Position numbers and translations under genes: made by a program. Of a DNA stretch of 64,000 nt, positions 10,675 to 20,449 are shown one piece after another (positions within the stretch are counted from its first letter, which is position 1; each line of letters starts with the position of its first letter). The notes below the pieces were generated by a model. It was not told the DNA's origin. It worked only from the letters and a program-made list of their open reading frames with translations, and made no database searches. The stretch comes from Oceanispirochaeta sp. (GTDB taxonomy: Bacteria > Spirochaetota > Spirochaetia > DSM-2461): NCBI GenBank assembly GCA_963666275.2, contig CAXXOA010000001.1, positions 864,001-928,000 of the forward strand, written 5' to 3'.

Positions 10675-12042
10675 ATGGTAGAGAACTATCTGGAATTAAC
10701 AAAAAGAATACATCAGGGAGAAGCCCAGTCCAAAGAGGATTGGGACTTCCGTATCATTGAGACGGTTCAGTCTCTGGTGGAAAAATACAGCCTGAGCTGG
10801 AACCGGGAGGAGCTGTGCTCCGAAGACGATGATCTGGCCGACCGGGTGTTTCAGGCAGGAAGAGAACTGCTCCTGACAACCGGAGTCTACGCTCTTTCCG
10901 AGGGCAGAGTTCTGCTCCTGGGAGAAGAGGAAGTGGACAGGGCCATGAAAGGGATGAATAAAACCCTGGTTATGGGAGAAGGCAAAGACAGCTACTCACT
11001 GGCTCCCCGGAAGGTCTGCGATACCAGGCCGCCTGCTGTCTGGGCGGGAAACCCCGGTGTCCCCACACCGGAAAGGCTATTCAAAGCGACTGTAAAAAGC
11101 TGGGCCCGGGAGAGCGTGGTGGATCTGATCACCTGCGGATCTCTTGTGGATGTGGACGGCTATAAGGTCGAATCCGGAGAGGTGAGCGAACTGCTGGCTT
11201 CACGGCGGGAACTGGAGCTGCTGAAACAGGTCCGGGAAGAGGTAGGCCGACCCGGAATGGGAATGCTTGCCGCAGAGAGCAGTGTCACCGAAATCGGTGA
11301 CCTGGCTGCAACCCACCCGGATCTGCTGCGTCCCTGTGATTCCCATCTGGTAGCCATGTTCAATGAGCTTATGATTGACCGGGGGAATATGGTCCGGGCG
11401 GCCAACTCCCTTTTCTACGGTATGGCCAATGCCTCTCTGGCGACTGTTATGGTCGGGGGTCTCGCAGGAGATGCTCACGGTGCCGCCATTGCGCAGGTTG
11501 CCTCTTTTCTGGCGGCGAACATTATCTGTCTGGCCGATTATCATCTGTGCCATCCCATTCATATACAGCATGTGGCCACTTCCACCAGAGGATGCCTCTG
11601 GCTGGAGAGCATTGTCTGTCAGGCCTTTGCCAGGAACGCACCGGCTATCATTGTCTGCGATATCTATCCCAAGAGCGGGGCAGTGACAAAAGAGCTCCTT
11701 TATGAGGTGGCAGCCAATGCCCTGGCGGCCTCAGTCAGCGGGGGCCACCTGGAAGGGGTCGGTTCCGCTGATGGAAGCCTGCCTCACGGAACCGGTCTGG
11801 AAGTCAGGCTGATGGGAGAAGTCGGACATGCCGCTGCGGGACTCAGCCGCAGCAGGGCCAATGGGATCATTCTGGAACTCCTGAAAAAATATGAACATGT
11901 TTTTGATCTGCCCGGAGGAAATCCCGGACTTCCTTTCGATCAGGCTTACGACATGGATACCCTGACACCCTCCCCTGAGTGGGAAGCAATGTACAATTCC
12001 GTCAGAAAAGAACTTGTTTCTCTGGGTCTGCCCCTGAAGTAA
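10675..12042 (+). CDS. MtmB-family (monomethylamine:corrinoid methyltransferase-like) protein without pyrrolysine
   Basis: 455 aa from the GGAGG-preceded ATG at 10675. MtmB-like motifs GRPGMG, DSHLVAMFNELMID, TGLEVRLMGEVGHAAAG and YDMDTLTP. No in-frame amber codon. Confidence 0.85.
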   Translation: MVENYLELTKRIHQGEAQSKEDWDFRIIETVQSLVEKYSLSWNREELCSEDDDLADRVFQAGRELLLTTGVYALSEGRVLLLGEEEVDRAMKGMNKTLVMGEGKDSYSLAPRKVCDTRPPAVWAGNPGVPTPERLFKATVKSWARESVVDLITCGSLVDVDGYKVESGEVSELLASRRELELLKQVREEVGRPGMGMLAAESSVTEIGDLAATHPDLLRPCDSHLVAMFNELMIDRGNMVRAANSLFYGMANASLATVMVGGLAGDAHGAAIAQVASFLAANIICLADYHLCHPIHIQHVATSTRGCLWLESIVCQAFARNAPAIIVCDIYPKSGAVTKELLYEVAANALAASVSGGHLEGVGSADGSLPHGTGLEVRLMGEVGHAAAGLSRSRANGIILELLKKYEHVFDLPGGNPGLPFDQAYDMDTLTPSPEWEAMYNSVRKELVSLGLPLK

Positions 12043-12097
12043 AAGTGGAAACCCCGTCCCGGTGGGGACTGGATATAAAACGTATAGGAGAAAAGAA

Positions 12098-12736
12098 ATG
12101 GTTGTCTACACGATTTTCAATGTGGCGGTAGTTATCGTCCTCGGTCTGGTTGCCCGTTTCACCAGTAAAAATGTGGTGGAAAAAGAGAGTAAGGGATACA
12201 CAACCCAGAATCTGGTCATTGTGGCCGTACTGGCTGCGATCGCCGGTGTTATCAACACAGGGATGGGAAATATCTGGTATCTGGCCAACACCTCTCTGGG
12301 ACCTCTGGGGGGAGCCCTGATTCAGGGGATGTTCATGTGGGCCTATATTCTGGCGGCTTTTATGGTAAGAAAACCCGGCGTGGCTCTGGCTTTCGGTATT
12401 ATCGAGTCGGCTACCGAGGTTATTCTGGGAAATGCCGCGGGAATCGGAACTCTCGGATGGGGAATCTCCCAGGGACTGGCCATTGAAGCCATTCTTCTTA
12501 TCTGCTCCTATAGACGTTTCGGTCTGGTTGCGGCGCTGATGGCGGGTATCGCCTCCTCACAGTTCGGTACTCTCTGGAGTTCCGTCTTCTACGGATGGGA
12601 TCCCTCCTATTCAAAGGACGTCTGGATGGCCGTTCCCATCAACATGATCTCCGGTGCCGTTTTCAGCGGTGGTCTGGGATACTTCCTGGCAACGAAAATT
12701 GCCAGAACAGGCCTGGTCCGTTCGTCCAGAGCCTAA
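12098..12736 (+). CDS. ECF transporter S component, YkoE-like
   Basis: Multi-TM protein with RKPGVAL..E and QGLAIEA..YRRF motifs; AGGAG RBS before the ATG at 12098. Confidence 0.8.
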   Translation: MVVYTIFNVAVVIVLGLVARFTSKNVVEKESKGYTTQNLVIVAVLAAIAGVINTGMGNIWYLANTSLGPLGGALIQGMFMWAYILAAFMVRKPGVALAFGIIESATEVILGNAAGIGTLGWGISQGLAIEAILLICSYRRFGLVAALMAGIASSQFGTLWSSVFYGWDPSYSKDVWMAVPINMISGAVFSGGLGYFLATKIARTGLVRSSRA

Positions 12737-12755
12737 AAAATAGCATTTGAAATAG

Positions 12756-12775
12756 GCGGCAGGTTTTCCTGCCGC
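12756..12775 (+). other. Intercistronic GC-rich hairpin
   Basis: GCGGCAGG-TTTT-CCTGCCGC with no following U-tract. Confidence 0.6.
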
Positions 12776-12785
12776 AAGGCAAAGG

Positions 12786-14525
12786 ATGCAGAATATGTCT
12801 GATATAGTTCAGCTGAAAAATGTTTCATTTCGATTTCAGGATAAAGAAAATCCTGTTCTGAAGGATCTTACTTTCTCCCTGAAAAAAGGATCCTTCAATA
12901 TCCTTGTCGGTCCCGGCGGGAGCGGAAAATCCACTCTCTGCAAGGTTCTGGACGGCCGGATCCCCCATCTCATTCCCGGGACTCTGGAGGGGCAGGTCCT
13001 TCTGGAGGGACGATCCACATCAGAAATCGCAATGAAAGATATTTCCTGCTGTGTGGGGTCAGTGTTTCAGGACCCCGAAACCATGTTTGCCACCCTGTCC
13101 GTGGAAGATGAGATCGCCTTCGGGCCGGAAAATCTTCTCCATCATAGGGATAAGATTCTCAGGGATGTGGATGAACTGCTTGAAATGACAGGAATCGGTC
13201 TTTACAGGCACAATCTTGTATGGAATCTGTCGGGTGGTCAGATCCAGAAACTGGGACTCGCAGCGGTTCTGGCCATGGAGCCCCGGCTGATTATTCTGGA
13301 TGAACCCACAGCCAACCTGGACCCGGCTGCTACCCGGCAGGTGCATGAGCTGATCCTGACTCTGAGGGAGAAGGGCATGACAGTGCTTCTTGTGACCAGA
13401 GAACTGGATGATTTTATGGCAGAAGCCGACAGTGTGCTTGTTCTCAGAGAAGGATCTCTTGCTTATCAGGATGAGCCCTACAGCCTTCTGAAAGAGCATG
13501 GCTGTGATATGGAGAGCCTGGGGATCTGGCTGCCTGAAACTGTAGAGATCGGTCTGGGGCTCCTGAGGACAAACCATCCTCTTGAAAGGATCCCCATTAC
13601 CGTGGATGAAACTATTGCGCTTCTGGATTCTCTGAATCTCTGTCCTCCCGGTACGGAACTCACAGGACGGCCGGATGCAGAGACAAGCTCAGAGTCCGCC
13701 CTGATCCGGGGCCGTAACATCAAGTTCAGCTACGGAGGCGGACTGTATGCATTAAAGGGGATCGACCTTGAAATCCGGGAAGGAGAGATGCTTGCCATTG
13801 TGGGAAGAAACGGAGCCGGCAAGAGTACCATGGCCAGACTGCTTATCGGATTAAACAAGTGCCGGGAAGGGGAACTGACCCTTTTCGGCAAAGCTTCGGA
13901 GAAATGGAAAGTTCCCGATCTTGCCAATCATATCTCTCTGGTTTTTCAGAATCCGGAACACCAGTTTCTTACGGATACTGTTGCCGAAGAGATCGAATAC
14001 AGTCTCCAGTCCCAGGTGGTATTCGACACAGAGGAAATCTCCACCCGGAGAGATGAAATACTGGAAATGCTGAATCTTCAGAATGAGAAAGACAGTCATC
14101 CCTTTGCCCTGAGTGCTGGGAATAAACGGAGACTGGGGGTTGCTACCATGCTCGTGGGCGACCCCGGGGTTCTGATCGTGGATGAACCTACCTACGGGCA
14201 GGACAAGGAGATGACAAGCACCCTTATGAAGCTCATGACAGATATCCGGGCCAGAGGGATCGCGGTAGTCATGATCAGTCATGATATGCGGCTGGTTGCG
14301 GAATATGCCGACAGGGTCGTGGTTTTCAGCGAAGGAAAAAAGCATTTTGACGGATTACCCACGGAGCTTTTCAGTAAATCGGATATTCTCGACAAGGCCA
14401 GCCTCCAGCCAACCCTGCTGTTTCAGATCCTTCAGAAACTGTCCCGAAAAGGGGTCCTCTGTTCCGGAAATATCCCCGGCACCGATGCTCTTCTTAAAAT
14501 GCTCGTAGATCCGGTGGAGGTTTGA
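12786..14525 (+). CDS. ECF transporter duplicated ATPase, YkoD-like
   Basis: Two Walker A motifs (GPGGSGKS, GRNGAGKS), LSGGQ/LSAGN signatures and two DEPT motifs. Confidence 0.92.
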   Translation: MQNMSDIVQLKNVSFRFQDKENPVLKDLTFSLKKGSFNILVGPGGSGKSTLCKVLDGRIPHLIPGTLEGQVLLEGRSTSEIAMKDISCCVGSVFQDPETMFATLSVEDEIAFGPENLLHHRDKILRDVDELLEMTGIGLYRHNLVWNLSGGQIQKLGLAAVLAMEPRLIILDEPTANLDPAATRQVHELILTLREKGMTVLLVTRELDDFMAEADSVLVLREGSLAYQDEPYSLLKEHGCDMESLGIWLPETVEIGLGLLRTNHPLERIPITVDETIALLDSLNLCPPGTELTGRPDAETSSESALIRGRNIKFSYGGGLYALKGIDLEIREGEMLAIVGRNGAGKSTMARLLIGLNKCREGELTLFGKASEKWKVPDLANHISLVFQNPEHQFLTDTVAEEIEYSLQSQVVFDTEEISTRRDEILEMLNLQNEKDSHPFALSAGNKRRLGVATMLVGDPGVLIVDEPTYGQDKEMTSTLMKLMTDIRARGIAVVMISHDMRLVAEYADRVVVFSEGKKHFDGLPTELFSKSDILDKASLQPTLLFQILQKLSRKGVLCSGNIPGTDALLKMLVDPVEV

Positions 14526-14526
14526 T

Positions 14527-15303
14527 ATGGCTGAAAATTTTCTGAGTTTCAAAGAGAGACGTTCCTATCTCAACCGGGTTTATCCTCTTGTAAAACTAAT
14601 CTGGGTGTTCTGCGTGGCCGTAGGACTTTTTCTATTTAAAAGTTCTCTCCCCGGGGCGGTTATGTTCATATATATTCTGTTTCTGGCCCTGGCGGGAGGA
14701 AAAATCTCACTCCGGGAGATCCTGAGAAGCGGGATCGTGGTTTTCGGACTGGGGTTTCTTCTGATGCTGTTCCATTTTTTCATCGATCCCGGTCAGGTGG
14801 TCTGGTCTCTGGGATTCCTCACAGTTACCGATACGGGACTTCTCCAGGGGCCTGTCTTCTTTTTCCGGCTTTCTGTCATTGTTCTTGCCAGTTTCATACT
14901 GATCTGGTCCACTGATACCCGGGACCTGATGACCTCTCTTGTAAAGGCGGGTATGCCCTACAGATACGCCTATACGATCTTTCTGGCCCTGAGATTTCTA
15001 CCACTGATACAGAAAGAGGTGGAGTCCGTGAAAGCGGCCCATGCCATAAGAGGAAAAGCCGGGGGATCCAATATGGCTCACCGTTTCAAGCTATGGCAGA
15101 GGTATGTATTCACCATCCTGATCAACGGGATTCGCAAGGCCGAATCCACCGCAGATGCTCTGGAATGCCGGGCTTTCGGCTTCAGTGATAAAAGAACCTA
15201 TGTTAAGGATGTAAATTTCAGGAAACGGGATCTGATCCTGCTGCTGTTTACCCTGCTGCTTGAGATTCTTCTGGTCCTTTTAGACCGGGGGATAATCCTG
15301 TAA
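14527..15303 (+). CDS. ECF transporter T component (CbiQ/EcfT family)
   Basis: ALRFLPLI plus the two conserved Arg motifs AHAIRG and ALECRAF. Confidence 0.9.
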   Translation: MAENFLSFKERRSYLNRVYPLVKLIWVFCVAVGLFLFKSSLPGAVMFIYILFLALAGGKISLREILRSGIVVFGLGFLLMLFHFFIDPGQVVWSLGFLTVTDTGLLQGPVFFFRLSVIVLASFILIWSTDTRDLMTSLVKAGMPYRYAYTIFLALRFLPLIQKEVESVKAAHAIRGKAGGSNMAHRFKLWQRYVFTILINGIRKAESTADALECRAFGFSDKRTYVKDVNFRKRDLILLLFTLLLEILLVLLDRGIIL

Positions 15304-15388
15304 TTCCCCCTCCTCTCATAGATCTCAGAGAAGGGGAGATGATCCGGATCTGTATTTAATAAAGAGACAGAACCGGAGCTGTGTTCTG

Positions 15389-16558
15389 TTAAAGTGCCAG
15401 TTTGAGAATTTCCCGTACATCCTGTTTTTTCAGTTTTTTGAAATTTCCCAGCTGCACCGTATCACCGTAGGTGGCTTTTTCAGCCATATCTTCTATGGCT
15501 GACTGATCAATGTCAATTTCCGAGAGTCTGATGGGAAGACCCATTTCCCTATAGAACTTTTCCAGGGCTTCGATACCCGCCATTACCAGTTCGTCATCGT
15601 AATAGACATCCGGCTGAATATCAAAGACTCTGGTGGCAAACTGTCTGAAACGCCGGGGGTTATCCCGGCTGACATATTTCATCCAGGCGGGGAAGACAAT
15701 ACTCAAACCTGCACCGTGTGCCACATCGTTAAAGGCCGAGAGTTCATGCTCAATCTGGTGGGATCCCCAGTCGCCGGTCCGTCCGGTATGGAGGATATCT
15801 CCGTGGGCTATGGCCCCGCACCACATAATTTCTGCTCTCACATTGTAGTCTTTGGGATGCAGGCGGACCCGCAGTCCCTGGTTAATAATGGTTTTCATTG
15901 TGCCTTCGCATAAGCGGTCGGTCAGTTCCACATACTGGTCATTGGTAAAATACCTCTCCATTGTATGGGCCAGCATATCCGAGACACCGCAGGCGGTCTG
16001 ATAGTCCGGTAGGGTTATGGTTCTTTCGGGATTGAGAATACAGAAGTCCGGCCGTGTTACCATACTGGTCAGGCCGTTTTTCCGCATCCCTTCCTCATTG
16101 GTAATCACTGAAGAGGGGCTGGTTTCACTCCCGGCGGCGGGCAGGGTCAGGACCACTCCCAGGGGCATCATGGTTTCGGGCTCTTTTTTGCCCGCATAGA
16201 AATCCCAGACATTCCCGTCATAGGGTACACCTATACCAATGGCTTTCGCCGAATCTATCGCACTGCCGCCTCCGATAGCAAGGATACAATCCACTTTTTC
16301 CTTCCGGGCCAGGTCTATCCCCTCCTGAACCAGAGAGAGAACCGGATTGGGTTTGGCGCCACCGAATTCCACAATCTCTATATTGCAGGATTTCAGCTCT
16401 TCAATGACCTTATCATAGAGTCCGTATTTTTTTACACTGCCTCCGCCGTAGTGGAGGAGAACTTTTTTCCCCAGTTTTGCGGTTTCTTCACCTATATGAT
16501 CTTCGCTTTCTGTTCCGAAAAAGACTTTGGTTTCGTTCTGAAAAATAAAATTCTGCAT
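15389..16558 (-). CDS. Iron-containing alcohol dehydrogenase, Bdh/YqhD-like
   Basis: Start MQNFIFQNETK after AGGAG; GGGSAIDSAK, TLPAAGSE and HQIEHELSA..HGAGL motifs. Confidence 0.92.
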   Translation of the reverse strand: MQNFIFQNETKVFFGTESEDHIGEETAKLGKKVLLHYGGGSVKKYGLYDKVIEELKSCNIEIVEFGGAKPNPVLSLVQEGIDLARKEKVDCILAIGGGSAIDSAKAIGIGVPYDGNVWDFYAGKKEPETMMPLGVVLTLPAAGSETSPSSVITNEEGMRKNGLTSMVTRPDFCILNPERTITLPDYQTACGVSDMLAHTMERYFTNDQYVELTDRLCEGTMKTIINQGLRVRLHPKDYNVRAEIMWCGAIAHGDILHTGRTGDWGSHQIEHELSAFNDVAHGAGLSIVFPAWMKYVSRDNPRRFRQFATRVFDIQPDVYYDDELVMAGIEALEKFYREMGLPIRLSEIDIDQSAIEDMAEKATYGDTVQLGNFKKLKKQDVREILKLAL

Positions 16559-16858
16559 ATGAAACTCCTTCTTTGAATAGTTTACGCCAAAGGGGCTGTG
16601 ATTGGTCAAGGGAGTCATAGGATCTATCATTGAGAAAAACCTTCCATTCAAGATACCCGGGATCTTTCTTTTTAAACAAATATATAAAAAAATCTTGACA
16701 GCTGCAGATGGTGCAATTCTCTGCAATGCTGGTGCATAATTGATCAAAAAATACCGGTGGTTCTATTTTTAGAAACATCAGATATTTTTTATTTATATAC
16801 TGTAGAATGATATAGTTGTCTTTTGGCTATATGGTGCAGAAATTGATCAGTCATCCTT

Positions 16859-17578
16859 ATGGGGATTAAAACGGCCATCATTGCTGATGATTTTACAGGC
16901 GCCGGAGACTCGAGTATCTATTTCTCACTCCGGGGGTACGGACGGACCATGAGCAATATCCTCATAACAGGCGAAACCGGAACATGAAAGGAACTTCTGG
17001 CCCAGAGCATTCATAATGCCAGTCCTGTCAGAGAAGGCCATTTTGTAGTTGTCAACTGCAGCGCCCTGTCGGCTACTCCCCTGGAAAGCGAACTTTTCGG
17101 CTATGTGGGAGGCTCTTTTACAGAGGCTTCGAAAGGAGGAAAAACCGGCTTTTTTGAACTGGCCCATCAGGGGACCATCTTTCTGGATGAGATCATTCCT
17201 CTTTTTAAATATTTCGTATTTGCCATTGCCCGCAGATGGAAGCAGCTGGAGACTAAAATTACCCTGTCAAGAGAGTTCGAAACGGCCCTGCTGCGTTACT
17301 CCTGGCCGGGAAACGTGAGAGAGCTTGAAAACCTTGTGGAAAAATACATGACCCTCCTGCAGATCGACACAAAAGAGAATGTGGAGAATCTCCTGAAGGA
17401 AAAACTGAGAGAGACGGATAATTCCTGTGAGGATATTCTCTGGGAAGGGGCTCTCAAGGAGATCGAATCCAGAATCATAACTGATGCTCTGGAGCAGGAA
17501 GATCATAATATCTCCTGGACTGCCGCCAGGCTGCAGATAGACAGAAATACTCTGAAGCGGAAACTTTCGGAGAACTAG
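16859..17578 (+). pseudogene. Chimeric relic: four-carbon sugar-acid kinase (DUF1537/DtnK-like) N-terminus fused in frame to a broken sigma54 activator
   Basis: MGIKTAIIADDFTGAGD runs into ILITGETGT*KE (TGA at 16985 inside Walker A), then ESELFGY..GSFTEA and FLDEI, an apparent deletion near 17194, WPGNVREL and a Fis-type HTH. Confidence 0.8.
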
Positions 17579-17664
17579 GCCTCTTTTTTATCTTCCTTTT
17601 GAAGCAATGGAGAATTTTACTCTGTAATATCTCTTAGAAAATGTTAAAATATAAGGGAGATATT

Positions 17665-18114
17665 ATGGGAGAACCTCAAGTGGACCAGAACCAATTAGAT
17701 CAAATTGGAGATTTTGTAAAAAGTCATCTTGGACAGTGGATACAGGAACAGAATATTTCTCTTTTTCCAGTAAGAGATAAGTCCCTTGATAAGGAACTTC
17801 TGGAAAGAATGATCCGGGTGGAAGAAGGTTTGAAAAATCAGATGGAACTGACCCGTCAGGGATTTGAAAATATGGAGAAACGTTTTATTGAACGTTTTGA
17901 AGCTGTTGATAAAAGGTTCGAGGCCGTGGATAAACGCTTCGAGGCCGTGGATAAGCACTTTGAGGCCGTGGATAAGCACTTTGAGGCCGTGGATAAAAGG
18001 TTTGAAGATATGCAGCACTATATGGACAAGCGTTTTAATGTTCAAACATGGATTATCAGTGCAGGTTTCGCCATGATGACAATACTGATGTCTCTCTATC
18101 GGTTCTTTGGTTAA
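17665..18114 (+). CDS. Coiled-coil heptad-repeat protein with C-terminal TM helix
   Basis: GGAG RBS; (K)RFEAVD repeats; hydrophobic C-terminus. An alternative start exists at 17641. Confidence 0.75.
   Translation: MGEPQVDQNQLDQIGDFVKSHLGQWIQEQNISLFPVRDKSLDKELLERMIRVEEGLKNQMELTRQGFENMEKRFIERFEAVDKRFEAVDKRFEAVDKHFEAVDKHFEAVDKRFEDMQHYMDKRFNVQTWIISAGFAMMTILMSLYRFFG
17893..18006 (+). repeat. 21-bp in-frame tandem repeat, 5 copies plus a partial copy
   Basis: Unit like cactttgaggccgtggataag, encoding (R/H)FEAVDK. Confidence 0.9.
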
Positions 18115-18201
18115 GATAAGAAACAAACTGCCCATATATGAATAAGAACCAAGCCGGTTTACTGGAATGGTATCTCTTCTCATTTTTACAAGGTTCAGAT
18201 T

Positions 18202-19082
18202 ATGAAACAGAAAATTTCTGCCTCCCTTAACGAGGCATTCGGCTTCGACTCCTTCCGGAAGGGCCAGGAGGATGTGATAACAAAAATATTAAGCGGAGAC
18301 TCGGCGGCGGCTATTTTTCCCACCGGGGCGGGGAAGTCCCTCTGTTATCAGCTGCCGGCTCTGCTGCTGCCGGGAATGACTCTTGTTGTCTCTCCTCTCC
18401 TGTCCCTGATGAAGGACCAGCTGGATTTTCTGAGTTCCAGGAACATACCCGCCGCCAGGCTGGATTCGTCTCTGAGCAGTGAAGAGTACAGTTCCGTCAT
18501 AGCCAGGGCCTCCCGGGGGGATCTCAGAATCCTGATGATATCGGTGGAGCGTTTCCGTAATGAGAGGTTCAGGAATTATCTGAAAAATATGAGGATTTCG
18601 CTCCTCGCTGTTGATGAAGCTCACTGTATTTCCGAATGGGGGCACAACTTCCGCCCCGAGTATCTGCGTCTTCCCGAATACAGAGCGGAGTTCGCTATAG
18701 AGCAGGTACTCCTGCTGACTGCAACGGCAACACGGTCTGTGGCAGATGATATGTGCCGGAAATTCAGGGTAAAACCGGAAAACCTTGTGTCCACAGGTTT
18801 CTACAGGGCCAATCTTCATCTGGCAGTGATTCCCCTGGAAAGGTCGGAAAAAAGAGATAGACTTCTTCAGGATCTTTCAGAACAACCTGATGCGCCTTCG
18901 ATTGTCTATGTGACCCTTCAGAAAACAGCGGAAAATCTGGCCTTCTGGCTGAAAGAACAGGGTGTGGATGCTTCTTCCTATCACAGCGGTATGAAAAATG
19001 ATGAGAGGACGGCCATACAGAACCGTTTTATGCAGGGAGAACTGAACTGCGTTGTTGCCACCATCGCCTTCGGGATGGGGAT
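18202..19082 (+). pseudogene. recQ: RecQ-family helicase, 5' half, interrupted by the island
   Basis: PTGAGKSLCYQLP, VDEAHCISEWGHNFRPEY, LTATA and VVATIAFGMGI; the native continuation is at 35567. Confidence 0.9.
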
Positions 19083-19428
19083 AAACAAGCCCAATGTTAC
19101 GCATTGTAGTGCACTACGATCTGCCCAAAAATGTGGAAAATTATTACCAACAGATTGGCCGGGCCGGATGTAACGGACTGGATTTCCACTGCCTGCGGCT
19201 CTTCAATAACGGCGATAACTGCGGCAGCTGATCTCCTATCAGGAAGAATACGGGCTGCTGGATAAAGAAGCTCTGGAACGGGCCATGAATCTGGATGAGG
19301 AATTACGGAATAGGATCGCAAGACTCATCGAAATCCTGGGAGAAGGCCGTTTGAAGCAGATTCAGCAGGAACTGGGCGACCAGGTGAATATGAATCAGCT
19401 GAAGATGATGGTTCTTTGGAACACATAA
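19083..19428 (+). pseudogene. Degenerate 3' remnant of a second, different recQ
   Basis: After a frameshift it reads [23 protein letters not shown], then in another frame a C-terminal HTH-like tail LIEILGEGRLKQIQQELGDQVNMNQLKMMVLWNT*. Confidence 0.75.
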
Positions 19429-19530
19429 TTCCTCAGAATAGGTAGGGATTAACGACAGGCTTAAGACAACACTCGACATCATTCTGTAAATATAGTAAAA
19501 TAAAAGACCGATTTTTTATGGAGGCTGATA

Positions 19531-20268
19531 ATCAGCAAAGAGCAAAGAACCTTCCAATCAGGGGATCCCCGAAAAAACCGTTTACTATCCGTTTTGCCGG
19601 AAGCTGATTATAACCGGATTGCCCCTCACCTGGAATTGATAACCTTCTCTTTGGGAGACGTTCTCTACGAATCGGGCAGCCAATTCAATTATGTCTATTT
19701 TCCCACCACTGCCATTATCTCGCTGCTATCGTTGATGGAGAACGGTTCTTCTGCCGAAATATCCATTGTCGGGTTTGAAGGAATTGTCGGCATTGCCCTT
19801 TTTATGGGCGGAGAAACCATGGCTAATCGAGCTGTTGTGCAGAGCGCCGGGATGGCCTTCCGACTGAATGGTCGACTCCTGAAGCAGGAATTCAACCGCG
19901 CCGGACCCTTTCAGCATCTGCTGCTTCGCTATACCATGGCCTTTATCGCCCAGATGGCACAGACTGCCGTTTGTAATCGCCACCACTCGATAGACCAGCA
20001 ACTCTGCCGCTGGCTGCTGCTCAGTCTTGATCGTCTACCTTCGAACGAACTGAGCATGACCCAGGAACTCATAGCAAACATGCTTGGAGTGCGCCGTGAA
20101 GGTGTCACTGAAGCCGCAGGGAAACTACAGAACGCCGGTCTGATTGATTACCATAGGGGACGTATTACCGTATTGGACAGACCTGGGCTTGAAGCCCGGG
20201 TTTGTGAATGCTATGAAGTGGTTAGGAATGAGTTTGCCCGTTTACTTCCTGACTCTATTGCGGAATAA
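19531..20268 (+). CDS. Crp/Fnr-family transcriptional regulator (start uncertain: ATC/ATA near 19528-31, or TTG at 19594)
   Basis: cNMP-binding-like domain and HTH MTQELIANMLGVRREGVTEAAGKL. The family-typical N-terminus DPRKNRLLSVLP lies upstream of the TTG. Confidence 0.9.
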   Translation: MSKEQRTFQSGDPRKNRLLSVLPEADYNRIAPHLELITFSLGDVLYESGSQFNYVYFPTTAIISLLSLMENGSSAEISIVGFEGIVGIALFMGGETMANRAVVQSAGMAFRLNGRLLKQEFNRAGPFQHLLLRYTMAFIAQMAQTAVCNRHHSIDQQLCRWLLLSLDRLPSNELSMTQELIANMLGVRREGVTEAAGKLQNAGLIDYHRGRITVLDRPGLEARVCECYEVVRNEFARLLPDSIAE

Positions 20269-20449
20269 TCCTTCTCATCAAATTTTCCTTTAGTATATCG
20301 AAGGCTGCAGGCATGGTGAGACCGAAATCCGCCAAGCGGACATGAACCCGTCCGTCCACCGCCCAGACTCGTTCAAGTTCTTGCAAGGGAGTCAAAGCAA
20401 TTCCCCGTCACATTAACATCATTCAAATATATTCCTGCAAAGTTCATCG

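Noticed and set aside
16824..16838. Possible sigma54 promoter TGGCTATATGGTGCA
   Set aside because: GG-to-GC spacing is 9 nt, not the required 10.
17893..18006. Possible CRISPR array
   Set aside because: The repeats are contiguous with no spacers, lie in frame inside a CDS and have no cas genes nearby.
18202..19173. Intact short 323-aa RecQ
   Set aside because: The C-terminal residues are out-of-frame island sequence; motif VI is missing from this frame.
20256..20400. GC-richer minus-strand stretch reading ELERVWAVDGRVHVRLADFGL
   Set aside because: It may be a gene remnant, but it has no credible start and no family I can recognise.
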